This document shows positions 25,801 to 38,349 of a stretch of 64,000 nt of DNA, piece after piece; position 1 is the stretch's first letter; the number at the start of each line of letters is the position of its first letter. This DNA comes from Macrostomum hystrix (Eukaryota; Animalia; Platyhelminthes). Location: assembly GCA_950097015.1 (NCBI GenBank), contig CATNEN010000026.1, positions 868,001-932,000 of the forward strand, written 5' to 3'. A program made the translations under genes and the position numbers. The notes beneath the pieces were generated by a model, which was given only the letters and a program-made list of their open reading frames with translations, had not been told where the DNA came from and searched no databases.

Positions 25801-28800
25801 AATCCGCTCCCTTCTGATCTCAAATCCGCTCCCTTCTGATCTCAAATCCGCTCCCTTCTGATCTCAAATCCGCTCCCTTCTGATCTCAAATCCGCTCCCT
25901 TCTGATCTCAAATCCGCTCCCTTCTGATCTCAAATCCGCTCCCTTCTGATCTCAAATCCTCTACTACCCAATCTCAAATCCGCTCCCTTCCGATCTCAAA
26001 TCCTCTACTACCCAATCTCAAATCCGCTCCCTTTTAATCTCGAATCCGCTCCCTTCCGATCTCAAATCCTCTACTACCTAATCTCAAATCCGCTCCCTTC
26101 CGATCTCAAATCGCTTTTCGCTAAAAGTCGCATATCTACATCATCTTTTTTTCCAATGCTTTAATCATAATGCATTGCTATCATTACAATCTACTCAAGC
26201 GGCATGCCTACTAATTACCTTTTCGTTCACCAAACACATACGCATAATGAGCGGTGTTTCCTCACTCACTATTAATCATTCATTCTGTTTGGTTGAGTTG
26301 AGTTTCTTTGAAAGCGAGTTAACGGAAACAACTGTTTTGTTACAACTAAGTCGGGGAGTCTTTGTTCTCCCGCCTCCCTGGGTTGTCGCATTGTGTCGAC
26401 AATAAAAAACCATGCAAATTACGTTTTTTATCCCACTGCACACAGAGGGAGGAAAATTATCCTCAACTTCGATGTATCTGACAAAAGAAGTGTAAGGCTC
26501 GCATGCATAGCCGTGAATTTGAGCATTGTGTCACTCATGACTCCCAATCTCCTAGTTTTTTATCCCATTAAGCCCAGTGGGATAAAAAATCCGTAAGCTC
26601 TTGAGTGGAAATAGGGATGGGCTTCGGGGTTTCGCAAGGAATTCGCTTGCACCAATTGGTCCTTGGTGATTGTCCCAATTATCGATTTCCCAAATTATCC
26701 CAATTTTAAATTTCCGAAATATTAAAAAACTCTAGATTTGAAAAACATAATTAATATCCTCGATTTTCCTATTGTATCTCTCTCCTTCTCTCTCACTATC
26801 AATCTCTAGAGAGATTTAGATAAAATAATTTTTCTATTGGGAGAATGACAGGGATGGAGAGATATTGATAGTGAGAGGTATTGATAGTGAGATTGATAGT
26901 GAGATTGATAGTGAGAGAGATTGATAGTGAGAGATATTGATAGTGAGAGATATTGATAGTGAGATTGATGGTGAGAGATATTGATAGTGAGATTGATAGC
27001 GAGAGATATTGATAGTGAGATTGATAGTGAGAGATTGATTGTGAGAGATATTGATAGTGAGATTGATAGTGAGAGATATTGAAAGTGAGATTGATAGTGA
27101 GAGAGAAAGATAGATATTGATAGTGAGAGAGATTGATAGTGAGAGAGCCTTTGATAGTGAGAGAGATTGATAGTGAGAGAGAAAGATAGATATTGATAGT
27201 GAGATTGATAGTGAGAGAGAAAGATAGATATTGATAGTGAGAGAGATTGATAGTGACAGAGCGTTTGATAGTGAGAGAGATTGATAGTGAGAGATTAATA
27301 GTGAGAGATATTGATAGTGAGATTGATAGTGAGAGATATTGAAAGTGAGATTGATAGTCAGAGAGAAAGATAGATATTGATAGTGAGATTGATAGTAAGA
27401 GAGAAAGATAGATATTGATAGTGAGAGAGATTGATAGTGAGAGAGCCTTTGATAGTGAGAGAGATTGATAGTGAGAGAGAAAGATAGATATTGATAGTGA
27501 GATTGATAGTAAGAGAGAAAGATAGATATTGATAGTGAGAGAGATTGATAGTGAGAGAGCCTTTGATAGTGAGAGAGATTGATAGTGAGAGAGAGATTGA
27601 TAGTGGGAGAGAGATTGATAGTGAGAGAGATTGATAGTGAGTGATTGATAGTGGGAGAGAGATTGATAGTGAGAGTGATTGATAGTGGCAGAGAGATTGA
27701 TAGTGAGAGTGATTGATAGTGAGAGAGATTGATAGTGAGAGAGAGATTGATAGTGGGAGAGAGATTGATAGTGAGAGAGATTGATAGTGGGAGAGAGATT
27801 GATAGTGAGAGAGAAAGATAGATATTGATAGTGAGAGAGATTGATAGTGAGAGAGATTGAAAGTGAGAGAGATTGATAGTGAGAGAGGAGACAAGCATAA
27901 TTTATTTGATTCTTCCAACAATAAACTTCTTCATTTTCCTCATGTTTCCGAAATCCCAAATGAAAGCACATCCAAATTTGGTAGAAAAAAACAAACAGGC
28001 CACCCTGAACAGCCCAACGAACTGCCCCTTCCCCGGATCCCCAAAAAACAAAGAAATCCCAAAAAAATGTTTGTCATAACTTCAGGGCGGACGAACAAAG
28101 CAACACGACCATGGACCCGGTGCAGACATTGCCCACTGTCTGGACTAGATTGGAGTCGTTTAATATGAAAGAATACTGCCTGGCTGTCTGTCTGTCGGCT
28201 CTCTGTTTTTTTTAACAAAGACCTGAATTGCTAGCCGTGACTGCACAGGCACGTTAATAAATCTAACCAGACCAGCTGAAAAGTCTGATCAGGAGATATT
28301 GGGACTGGAGGTCCCATATGGATGATACAGCTGCCGTTTTCCTAAAATTGTCTCCACTATCTATCTCTCTCTCACTATCAATCTCTCTCTCACTATCAAT
28401 CTCTCTCACTATCAAGTATCAATCTCTCTCACTGTCAAAGTCTCTCTCACTATCAATCTCTCTCTCAATATCAATCTCTCTCACTATCAAGTATCAATCT
28501 CTCTCACTATCAAGTATCAATCTCTCTCACTGTCAAAGTCTCTCTCACTATCAATCTCTCTCTCACTATCAATCTCTCTCACTATCAATCTCTCTCTCAC
28601 TATCAATCTCTCTCACTATCAATCTCTCTCTCACTATCAATCTCTCTCACTATTAAGTATCAATCTCTCTCACTATCAAGTATCAATCTCTCTCACTATC
28701 AAGTATCAATCTCTCTCACTATCAAGTATCAATCTCTCTCACTGTCAAAGTCTCTCTCACTATCAATCTCTCTCTCACTATCAATCTCTCTCACTATCAA

Positions 28801-31800
28801 TCTCTCTCTCACTATCAATCTCTCTCTCACTATCAATCTCTCTCACTATCAATCTCTCTCACTATCAATCACTCTCACTATCAAGTATCAATCTCTCTCA
28901 CTATCAAGTATCAATCTCTCTCACTGTCAAAGTCTCTCTCACTATCAATCTCTCTCACTATCAATCTCTCTCTCACTATCAATCTCTCTCACTATCAATC
29001 TCTCTCACTATCAATCACTCTCACTATCAAGTATCAATCTCTCTCACTATCAAGTATCAATCTCTCTCACTGTCAAAGTCTCTCTCACTATCAATCTTTC
29101 TCTCACTATCAATCTCTCTCACTATCAATCTCTCTAACTATCAATCTCTCTCACTATCAATCTCTCTCACTATCAATGCCTCTCTCACTATCAATGTCTC
29201 TATCAATCTCTCTAACTGTCAATCTCTCTCTCACTATCAATGTCTTTCTCACTATCAATGTCTCTCTCACTATCAATCTCTCTCACTATCAATCTCTCTC
29301 ACTATCAATCTCTCTCTCAATCTCTCAATCTCACTATCAATCTCTCTCACTATCAATCTCTCTCACTATCAATCTCTCTCACTATCAATGTATCTCTCAC
29401 TATCAATGTATCTCTCACTATCAATCTCTCCCTCTCTCAAAACTGTTTAAGGTAGGGCAACTATCTGATAGGAAAACATCAATGCATTTGTATATGAATC
29501 CACAATTGTACTACGGGTGTGTCATAAGTAATGTCACTGTGGTTGTTGTGCGGGAACCCAAAGCAATAATCATCCAAATATATTATATTCTGAAAGTACA
29601 TTTATTGAGAAGTTGCCACCACACCTGAGCAGCAATTTTAATGTCTATGGCCAAAACTGTCGCAAGAATTTGTTAATCAGATTTAGCAAGTGCAACACGA
29701 TGAAATCTTCTTTTTGCAACGAGCAAAACTCAACATGAATCACGACAAGACGCACATCCAGTTCTACGCTTTCATTCGCTTCAAGCTTGGAAAATCTGCA
29801 CTTGAAGTAGAGGAGGATCTCCGGAACACACTGCCAGACAACTGCCCAACTCGCAGGACAATTTACAGGTGGTTTCAGAACTTTACTGATCCTGGGTTCG
29901 AATTGGGAGATGCCGCCAGATCTGGACGACCATGTTCAACCAGGACAATAGAGAACATCGAAGTCATCAGCGACCTGGTCAAGGAAGACCCGCGGCAGTG
30001 TCAGGGAGCTAGCGGACTGCTTGGAGATTGATTTCAAGACAGTCCATCGCATCTTGACAGAGGATCTCCATCTCCGAAACGTCTGCTCGGTCTGGGTACC
30101 CCATGACCTCACTGCGGACCAACGTCAGGCCCGGACCAACTGCCTGGCTGTTGAGGATGAGACCTGGCTCCACCTGGATGGCAAAAGCAGTAAGGCAGAC
30201 AATCGCTGCTGGCTGGGAGCTGGGGACTCCAGGCTGACTGTGACCAGGAGGTCCATCTCAGACAAGAAGACCATGCTGCTGGTGGCATTCACGCCAAACA
30301 AACGAGTCTCCATCTGTACAACTCCGCCAAACACCAAGGTCGATGGCCAGTACTTCATCGACTTTGTCCGACACACTGGGAACCTCTGGCGCACGCTCCG
30401 GTCAAACCCGATTCACCTGAACGAAGTTCTGTGGCAGATGGACAACGCACGGACCCACACCTGTCAGGCTGTTTCGGATTTTCTGGCTGGACAGCGAGTA
30501 AATCTGCTCTGGCAGAGTCCCTACAGCCCAGACTTCAACTTGTGCGACAGGTTTCTCTTTAAATGGCTGAAGGCAGACTTTTCCCAGAGAAGTTTCGCAA
30601 ACCATGATGAGGTCAAAGAAGCCGCGTTGCACTGGTTCCGACAGCTGGAGGAAAAACACCTGCAGGCTGAGGTAGAGAAGCTGTACGAGCACTGCCAGAG
30701 GGTGATTGATATTGGGGGACACTATGTTGTTGATTGATACAGTTTCGTTCATCTGCGATTGTTAGTTGGTCTGTTTTACCCTCAGTGACATTACTTATGA
30801 CACACCCGAAGTACAAACGCAGACCCTTCTGGGTTCTGAATCTTAGAGTTTTTAACTTTCGAAATTAATCAGATGACGAAGAATGTCCTATTCAGTAATA
30901 GAGTATATTTACTCCCGCTGTTTTCTGATTCAATTCAATTGTTAGTATTTGAACTCAAGGCTCACCTGATGGCCTGCACAACCCTATCGCAGCAGCAGCT
31001 GAGTACGGAGTCGCCGTTGACTGACACGACGATGTCGCCGCTGCGTATGCCGGCCAGGCCTGCTGCTGAACCGGCGTCAACTTTGCCAACACGGGTGGGC
31101 TGGGATCCAACCAGAGTGAAACCGTAGCCGCCATGGCAACTGCGAGACAGAGTGAACTGCGGGACAGGGGATTGGTTTGGCGACAGTCTGTGAGACGGTG
31201 GACCTGGAGAGTCAGGTGAGAACCCGATCTCTTCAGGTGAGAACCTGATCTCTTCAGGTCACAGTCTGATCTCTTCAGGTCACAGTCTGATCTCTTCAGG
31301 TCACAGTCTGATTGATCTCTTCAGGTCACAGTCTGATCTCTTCAGATCACAGTCGATCTCTTCAGGTAAGAACCTGATCTCTTCAGGTAAGAACCTGATC
31401 TCTTCAGGTAAGAACCTGATCTCTTCAGGTAAGAACCCGATCTCTTCAGGTGAGAACCCGATCTCTTCAGGTGAGAACCTGATCTCTTCAGGTCACAGTC
31501 TGATCTCTTCAGGTCACAGTCTGATCTCTTCAGGTCACAGTCTGATCTCTTCAGGTCACAGTCTGATCTCTTCAGATCACAGTCGATCTCTTCAGGTAAG
31601 AACCTGATCTCTTCAGGTAAGAACCTGATCTCTTCAGGTAAGAACCTGATCTCTTCAGGTAAGAACCTGATCTCTTCAGGTGAGAACCCGATCTCTTCAG
31701 GAAAGAATGCAGTCACCCAGCCCAAGAATTTTTCTCACCGTTCTCTGCTCAGTCCGTCCGCTTGGCTTGTCTCCAAGATCGTCTCCAAGGTTGACGACGC

Positions 31801-34800
31801 CGCACGGCGCGGCCAGAGCTGTCACGCTGGTCCCCGGAGCTGCCGCAGCCCCGGCCTCCTGGGTGCACCTCCTGTCGTGATCTGGAGCGCTGAGAACGAA
31901 GCGCCAGCCCTCATCCAACCCGTAGGGATCTTCTCCGTTTTCATCGTCGCCATCAGCCCGACTATTGTGCCGGCGTCTGAGGAACGCGCAGCCGGTGGGA
32001 GCCCTGAAAATTTTGATTATGCTCACAATTGAACACAATTGAATCACAACGGAACACTCCATCTCAGATCCTCAAATTGAAATCCCCATCGGAACACCAT
32101 CTCAGATCCTTAAATCGAAATCCCCATCGGAACACAGCACCTCAGATCCTTAAATCGAAATCCCCATCGGAACACAGCACCTCAGATCCTCAAATCGAAA
32201 TCCCCATCGGAACACAGCATCTCAGATCCTCAAATCGAAATCCGCATCGGTACACAGCATCTCAGATCCTGAAATCGAAATCCGCATCGGTACACAGCAT
32301 CTCAGATCCTCAAATCGAAATCCCCATCGGAACACAGCATCTCAGATCCTCAAATCGAAATCCCCATCGGAAGACTCCATCTCAGATCCTCAAATCGAAA
32401 TCCCATCGGAACACAGCATCTCAGATCCTCAAATCGAAATCCCCATCGGAACACAGCATCTCAGATCCTCAAATCGAAATCCCCATCGGAACACAGCATC
32501 TCAGATCCTCAAATCGAAATCCCATCGGAACACAGCATCTCAGATCCTCAAATCGAAATCCCCATCGGTACACAGCACCTCAGATCCTCAAATCGAAATC
32601 CCCATCGGAACACAGCATCTCAGATCCTCAAATCGAAATTCCCATCGGAACACAGCATCTCAGATCCTCAAATCGAAATCCCATCGGAACACAGCATCTC
32701 AGATCCTCAAATCGAAATCCCCATCGGTACACAGCACCTCAGATCCTCAAATCGAAATCCCCATCGGAACACAGCATCTCAGATCCTCAAATCGAAATCC
32801 CCATCGGAACACAGCACCTCAGATCCTCAAATCGAAATCCCCATCGGAACACAGCATCTCAGATCCTCAAATCGAAATCCCCATCGGAACACAGCATCTC
32901 AGATCCTCAAATTGAAATCCCCATCGGAACACAGCATCTCAGATCCTCAAATCGAAATCCCCATCGGAACACAGCATCTCAGATCCTCAAATTGAAATCC
33001 CCATCGGAACACAGCATCTCAGATCCTCAAATTGAAATCCCCATCGGAACACAGCATCTCAGATCCTCAAATTGAAATCCCCATCGGAACACAGCATCTC
33101 AGATCCTCAAATCGAAATCCCCATCGGAACACAGCATCTCAGATCCTCAAATCGAAATCCCCATCGGAACACAGCATCTCAGATCCTCAAATCGAAATCC
33201 CCATCGGAACACAGCACCTCAGATCCTCAAATCGAAATCCCCATCGGAACACAGCACCTCAGATCCTTAAATCGAAATCCCCATCGGAACACAGCATCTC
33301 AGATCCTCAAATCGAAATCCGCATCGGTACACAGCATCTCAGATCCTCAAATCGAAATCCCTATCGGAACACAGCATCTCAGATCCTCAAATCGAAATCC
33401 CCATCGGAATACAGCATCTCAGATCCTCAAATACAGCATTCTGAACTAACACAAGCTTCCCTGGCGGATTTATGAACTTTGGGTCTAATTTAGGCCAAAG
33501 AAACCAACTAAACCTCGCTTCGTTATTCACAACAGCAAACAGTGAACTGCGAAGTATTTTAGTTAAACCGCGCCATGTCCTCACACACTTGTGCTATCCA
33601 AAATCTGAGCCGGCCCGACCTGAAGACGACACCCGAACAGACAGCAATTTGTGCCTGCATTCGGTACTCTCTAACTTCTTAACTGAACTGGATTTGCACG
33701 GTGACAAAAACTGCACAACTAGTTTCCATGAAACTGTTTTGCTGGCGCGTGGGAAATTGCTGCGAAAAAAGGAAGAGAAAGGAAATAAGAAATCAAGCAA
33801 AATTACTGTCGACGGACTAGCAGTCGGTGGGTAGAGGGAACAGTAGTATCGTTTACTGCTACCGATTCCTATAGTTAGCGGGTGAGAAAATTTATAAATT
33901 GTCTATAATATGTTAAACACTGAAGTACGAGTAATTGGGAAGGGCCGAAGCTCTTTTGCAATTGAAAGCTGCGTCGAGCAATTGCTGCTTGGTCTCACTT
34001 GCTTGTACCATATAGAATTTCTATATTCTCTACGATTCTTCTTTTCTGTCATGCATTGTTCTTTTTATCCTCTCCTCTTCCCTTCTTTCCTTTCTCTCCT
34101 CTCCTATCGTTTCCTCTCCTGTCCTCCTCTCTCCTCTCCTGTCCTCTCCTCTCCTCTCCTCTCCTGTCCTCTCCTCTCCTCTCCTCTCCTGTCCTCTCCT
34201 CTCCTGTCCTCTCCTGTCCTCTCCTCTCCTCTCCTCTCCTCTCCTCTCCTGTCCTCTCCTCTCCTCTCCTCTCCTGTCCTCTCCTGTCCTGTCCTCTCCT
34301 CTCCTCTCCTGTCCTCTCCTCTTCTGTCCTCTCCTCTCCTCTCCTCTTCTGTCCTCTCCTCTCCTCTCCTCTCCTCTCCTCTCCTGTCCTCTCCTGTCCT
34401 GTCCTCTCCTCTCCTCTCCTGTCCTCTCCTCTTCTGTCCTCTCCTCTCCTCTCCTCTCCTGTCCTCTCCTGTCCTCTCCTCTCCTCTCCTGTCCTCTCCT
34501 CTCCTCTCCTGTCCTCTCCTCTCCTCTCCTCTCCTGTCCTCTCCTGTCCTGTCCTCTCCTCTCCTCTCCTGTCCTCTCCTCTTCTGTCCTCTCCTCTCCT
34601 CTCCTCTCCTGTCCTCTCCTGTCCTCTCCTGTCCTCTCCTGTCCTCTCCTCTCCTCTCCTGTCCTCTCCTCTCCTGTCCTCTCCTCTCCTCTCCTGTCCT
34701 CTCCTCTCCTGTCCTCTCCTCTCCTGTCCTCTCCTCTCCGCTCTTCTCCTCTCCTCTCCTCTCCTCTCCTCTCCTCTCCTCTCCTCTCCTCTCCTCTCCT

Positions 34801-35411
34801 CTCCTCTCCTGTCCTCTCCTCTCCTCTCCTGTTCTCTCCTCTTCTGTCCTCTCCTCTCCTCTCCTCTTCTGTCCTCTCCTCTCCTCTCCTCTTGTGTCCT
34901 CTCCTCTCCTCTCCTGTTCTCTCCTCTTCTGTCCTCTCCTCTCCTCTCCTCTTCTGTCCTCTCCTCTCCTCTCCTCTTGTGTCCTCTCCTCTCCTCTCCT
35001 CTTGTGTCCTCTCCTCTCCTCTCCTGTTCTCTCCTCTTCTGTCCTCTCTTCTCCTCTCCTCTCCTGTCCTCTCCTCTCCTGTCCTCTCCTCTGCCCTGAA
35101 ATGCCATTACCAAGCAGAGAGGCCACTCACGCATCAGCAGGCAGTCCGCCGGCTCGCCGCATCCGCTGCTGCAGCTGGCTCTGTCCATGCCGCTGCTGCT
35201 GCTGAACAAACTCTTCGTCTCTCATGCCTGTGAATGCTAGGTCACCGCCGCCGCCGCCGCCTCCGCCGCGGGCGCGGTCGCCGCTTCCGCTGCTGTAGTC
35301 GGAGCCAGATTCTGTCGAAGCTTCTTTCCGGAAGCAACTCAACGGTCTCAACAGTTTGCTGAGACCCGCCCGCCTGCGCTGCTGCTGCTGTTGCTGAACT
35401 GACGTTTGCAT
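22454..35411 (-). CDS. PDZ-DH(RhoGEF)-PH protein; exons 35411(ATG; acceptor at 35487)-35131, 32003-31739, 31156-30966, 24124-22967, 22886-22454
   Basis: All four introns are GT-AG and phase-consistent (2,0,2,2). The PDZ FTLSRSCHGGYGFTLVGSQPTRVGKVDAGSAAGLAGIRSGDIVVSVNG...VVQAIR|QSHGRLVIKVQR is completed across the intron. DH with SEEAFALTV..C..FY and EPLRHLRRL..IFHDLLEATPMSHYDH; PH ending RTLLLEAPSSEAKMLWRGCI; polyQ from (CAG)~16. Confidence 0.82.
24860..25160. repeat. 16-bp tandem repeat gagagatgagacacga
   Basis: Tandem copies. Confidence 0.9.
25690..26115. repeat. 22-bp tandem repeat ctcaaatccgctcccttctgat
   Basis: Tandem copies. Confidence 0.92.
26865..27890 (+). repeat. Minisatellite gattgatagtgagaga (left arm of an inverted pair)
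   Basis: 14-18-bp units; reverse complement of the array at 28355-29430. Confidence 0.93.
28355..29430 (-). repeat. Minisatellite tctctcactatcaatc (right arm of an inverted pair)
   Basis: Reverse complement of the array at 26865-27890. Confidence 0.93.
29511..30811 (+). mobile_element. mariner (DD34D) DNA transposon, 1301 bp
   Basis: 29-bp TIRs ctacgggtgtgtcataagtaatgtcactg (1 mismatch) with TA on both sides; encodes a mariner transposase. Confidence 0.93.
29735..30737 (+). pseudogene. mariner transposase, frameshifted near 30000-30030 with an apparent short internal deletion
   Basis: HTH TIYRWF..F, RSGRP, WVPHDL, DETW, DNARTH and YSPDFNLCD with 34-residue D-D spacing; split across two ORFs (29690-30031, 30021-30737). 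Confidence 0.9.
31215..31700. repeat. 21-bp minisatellite gatctcttcaggtaagaacct / gatctcttcaggtcacagtct
   Basis: Fills most of the intron between the exons at 31739 and 31156. Confidence 0.92.
32050..33435. repeat. 40-bp minisatellite cagcatctcagatcctcaaatcgaaatccccatcggaaca
   Basis: About 34 tandem copies. Confidence 0.95.
34070..35095. repeat. (CTCCT)n microsatellite with CTGTC variants
   Basis: Pure pyrimidine-rich tract of about 1 kb. Confidence 0.97.
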
Positions 35412-36029
35412 GAGTTTTCCAATGCTTGTAGCACTTGCTGCAATTGCTAGACTTTGTGTGGCTGGCAACTCGAGATCAGTCTGTATCTAAATAGACTAGG
35501 CCAGCCTTCTAAGCCACTGTCCCAGCTAGAAGACTGCAGATTGTAATTTCATTGGCTATATTCCTCTGCCTCCCAACTCCTTGTCTAAAATGGCAAGTCT
35601 GTAGTCTACGCCAGCCAATAGGAATCCATCGCTGACAGTAAAATGTGTCTATTTTTAGGTACAAACGTCATTTGATTTTGAATCTACCATTTAGCGTTGC
35701 AGAAAATGTCATACAATGAATACTCTACTCAATCCTTAACGCTATAAATACTATAAGGACAATTTTTATCGGACCCAAGCCCCGCTACTGATTCTGCTTG
35801 AATGAGTCATTGAAAATATTTAATTCTAATCTAGAATAGGCTTTCCTCTGTGACTATAGGTGTGTCCCGTGGGTTCTTATCAATGTGCACTGGAATCGCT
35901 GCTGCTGCAGTATCGGATGTGGGTACAGTGTGCGAGCCAATTCTATGAAGCAGACAGATTTTATTGTCTGTAAATAGTGCTGATATTTGCTATCATGCTG
36001 CAGGTGCCACCGACTGTGAGAAGAGGCTG

Positions 36030-36575
36030 GAAATGAGATAGATGAGGCTGGAAATGAGATAAATGAGGCTAGAAATGAGATAGATGAGGCTAGAAATGAG
36101 ATAGATGAGGCCATAAATGAGATGGATGAGGCTAGAAATGAGATGGATGAGGCTAGAAATGAGATAGATGAGGCTAGAAATGAGATGGATGAGGCTAGAA
36201 ATAAGATGGATGAGGCTAGAAATGAGATGGATGAGGCTAGAAATGAGATGGATGAGGCTAGAAATGAGATAAATGAGGCTAGAAATGAGATGGATGAGGC
36301 TAGAAATGAGATGGATGAGGCTAGAAATGAGATGGATGAGGCTAGAAATGAGATGGATGAGGCTAGAAATGAGATGGATGAGGCTAGAAATGAGATGGAT
36401 GAGGCTAGAAATGAGATGGATGAGGCTAGAAATGAGATAGATGAGGCTAGAAATGAGATGGATGAGGCTAGAAATGAGATGGATGAGGCTAGAAATGAGA
36501 TAGATGAGGCAAGAAATGAGATGGATGAGGCTAGAAATGAGATAGATGATGCAAGAAATGAGATGGATGATGCTA
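36030..36575 (+). repeat. 21-bp minisatellite gatgaggctagaaatgagatg (left arm of an inverted pair)
   Basis: Reverse complement of 37030-37710. Confidence 0.95.
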
Positions 36576-37029
36576 GCAATTAATAAGTAATCGAGATAAA
36601 AGCAACAGTAAATTCAGTTGAAGTTAAACCGAATCTCAAATGTTTATTGTTGAAAAACATTCTCTGGTTAGATCAAAGGTTAGTTTGCAAAATTAGTTTC
36701 GGCTTATAACTCTCTGCTTTCAGTTTTAAAACAGGTTTCAGCACGGTGCTATAACTGCTTCTGTAGCGGTGTTTTCCGAAATTTTCCATTGTAAAGGGGC
36801 CAGCAATTAATCAAAGCCTGGCTTGGCTAGACAACTCCACACAGCTTGACCCCCCTATCTAAGATGTCAAAAGTTTCTGCATTTTATTCATTCGTTTTGA
36901 CTCGAAAACGTTAACAGAGGGACTGTGTGTGGGTGTGTAGGCCAAGCTCGGTGTATTCTGTGCAACTGTACTGAATTGACTTCACTTGTGCTTCTGTCTT
37001 ATTTTAATTCATATATCATTCAATCTCTA

Positions 37030-37710
37030 CCTCATCTATTTCATATCTAGCCTCACCTATCTCATTTCTAGCCTCATCTCTTTCATTTCTAGCCTCACCT
37101 ATCTCATTTCTAGCCTCATCTCTTTCATTTCTAGCCTCACCTATCTCATTTCTAGCCTCATCTATCTCATTTCTAGCCTCATCCATCTCATTTCTAGCCT
37201 TATCTATCTCATTTCTAGCATCATTTATCTCATTTCTAGCTTCATTTATCTCATTTCTAGCCTCATCCATCTCATTTCTAGCCTCATCTATCTCATTTCT
37301 AGCCTTATCTATCTCATTTCTAGCATCATTTATCTCATTTCTAGCCTCATCCATCTCATTTCTAGCCTCACCTATCTCATTTCCAGCCTCACCCATCTCA
37401 TTTCTAGCCTCATCCATCTCATTTCTAGCCTCATCCATCTCATTTCTAGCCTCATCCATCTCATTTCTAGCCTCATCTATCTCATTTCTAGCCTCATCCA
37501 TCTCATTTCTAGCCTCATCCATCTCATTTCTAGCCTCATCTCATCTCATTTCCAGCCTCACCCATCTCATTTCTAGCCTCATCCATCTCATTTCTAGCCT
37601 CATCCATCTCATTTCTAGCCTCATCCATCTCATTTCTAGCCTCATCCATCTCATTTCTAGCCTCATCTCATCTCATTTCTAGCCTCATCCATCTCATTTC
37701 TAGCCTCTAA
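37030..37710 (-). repeat. 21-bp minisatellite catctcatttctagcctcatc (right arm of an inverted pair)
   Basis: Reverse complement of 36030-36575. Confidence 0.95.
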
Positions 37711-38349
37711 CTGAACGGGAAAAACTGAACACTCGCAAGGTCGCGCCAATTACTAATTATTATCTGCTTCTATTGGCTTTTGAGTACGCAATTTAGGCAA
37801 AAAATTAATTGCAATTGTGCTCATCTGCGTCATTGACTCACGCTTGAAAATTGAAGGTCTTTGTCCCATCTGTTTTTCTATATGAGAACTAGGGACCACT
37901 GTATAATAGTACCGAAAAAACAGGTGCTACAATACAGAGGTCCATGATATCAACAAGCGCCTCTCCAGCCTAAGTATTATTCCATTTCCCGTGGCTCTTT
38001 GTTCCCGTCAGTATTTTGCGAGTGGGGGGAATGAATACATATTTTTGGATAGCAATCTAAGCATGACGCCCCTTGCACAACCTACACGTGTTTATTTCAA
38101 GTATAGTTAGTTGTACAGACGCAAATATTGAATGGAATTCAGTAATCAAGATTATGCACAGTCTGGCGTATTACATCTAAAAGTTGATCGAGCCTCTCTT
38201 TGTTCCTGTATTATTTTTATGGTTGAAATCAAATCCAAGGCTAGTCAGATCACAAGGGAATAAAATTATCTACATGGAGTTCTTTTCGTCAGTTTACGCA
38301 TTTCATACAGCAACAGTATCTATATGAAATCAGGAATATGCTCAGAAGG

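Noticed and set aside
33472-33834. 120-aa plus-strand ORF inside an intron of the RhoGEF-like gene
   Set aside because: No recognisable motif and no supporting neighbouring exons.
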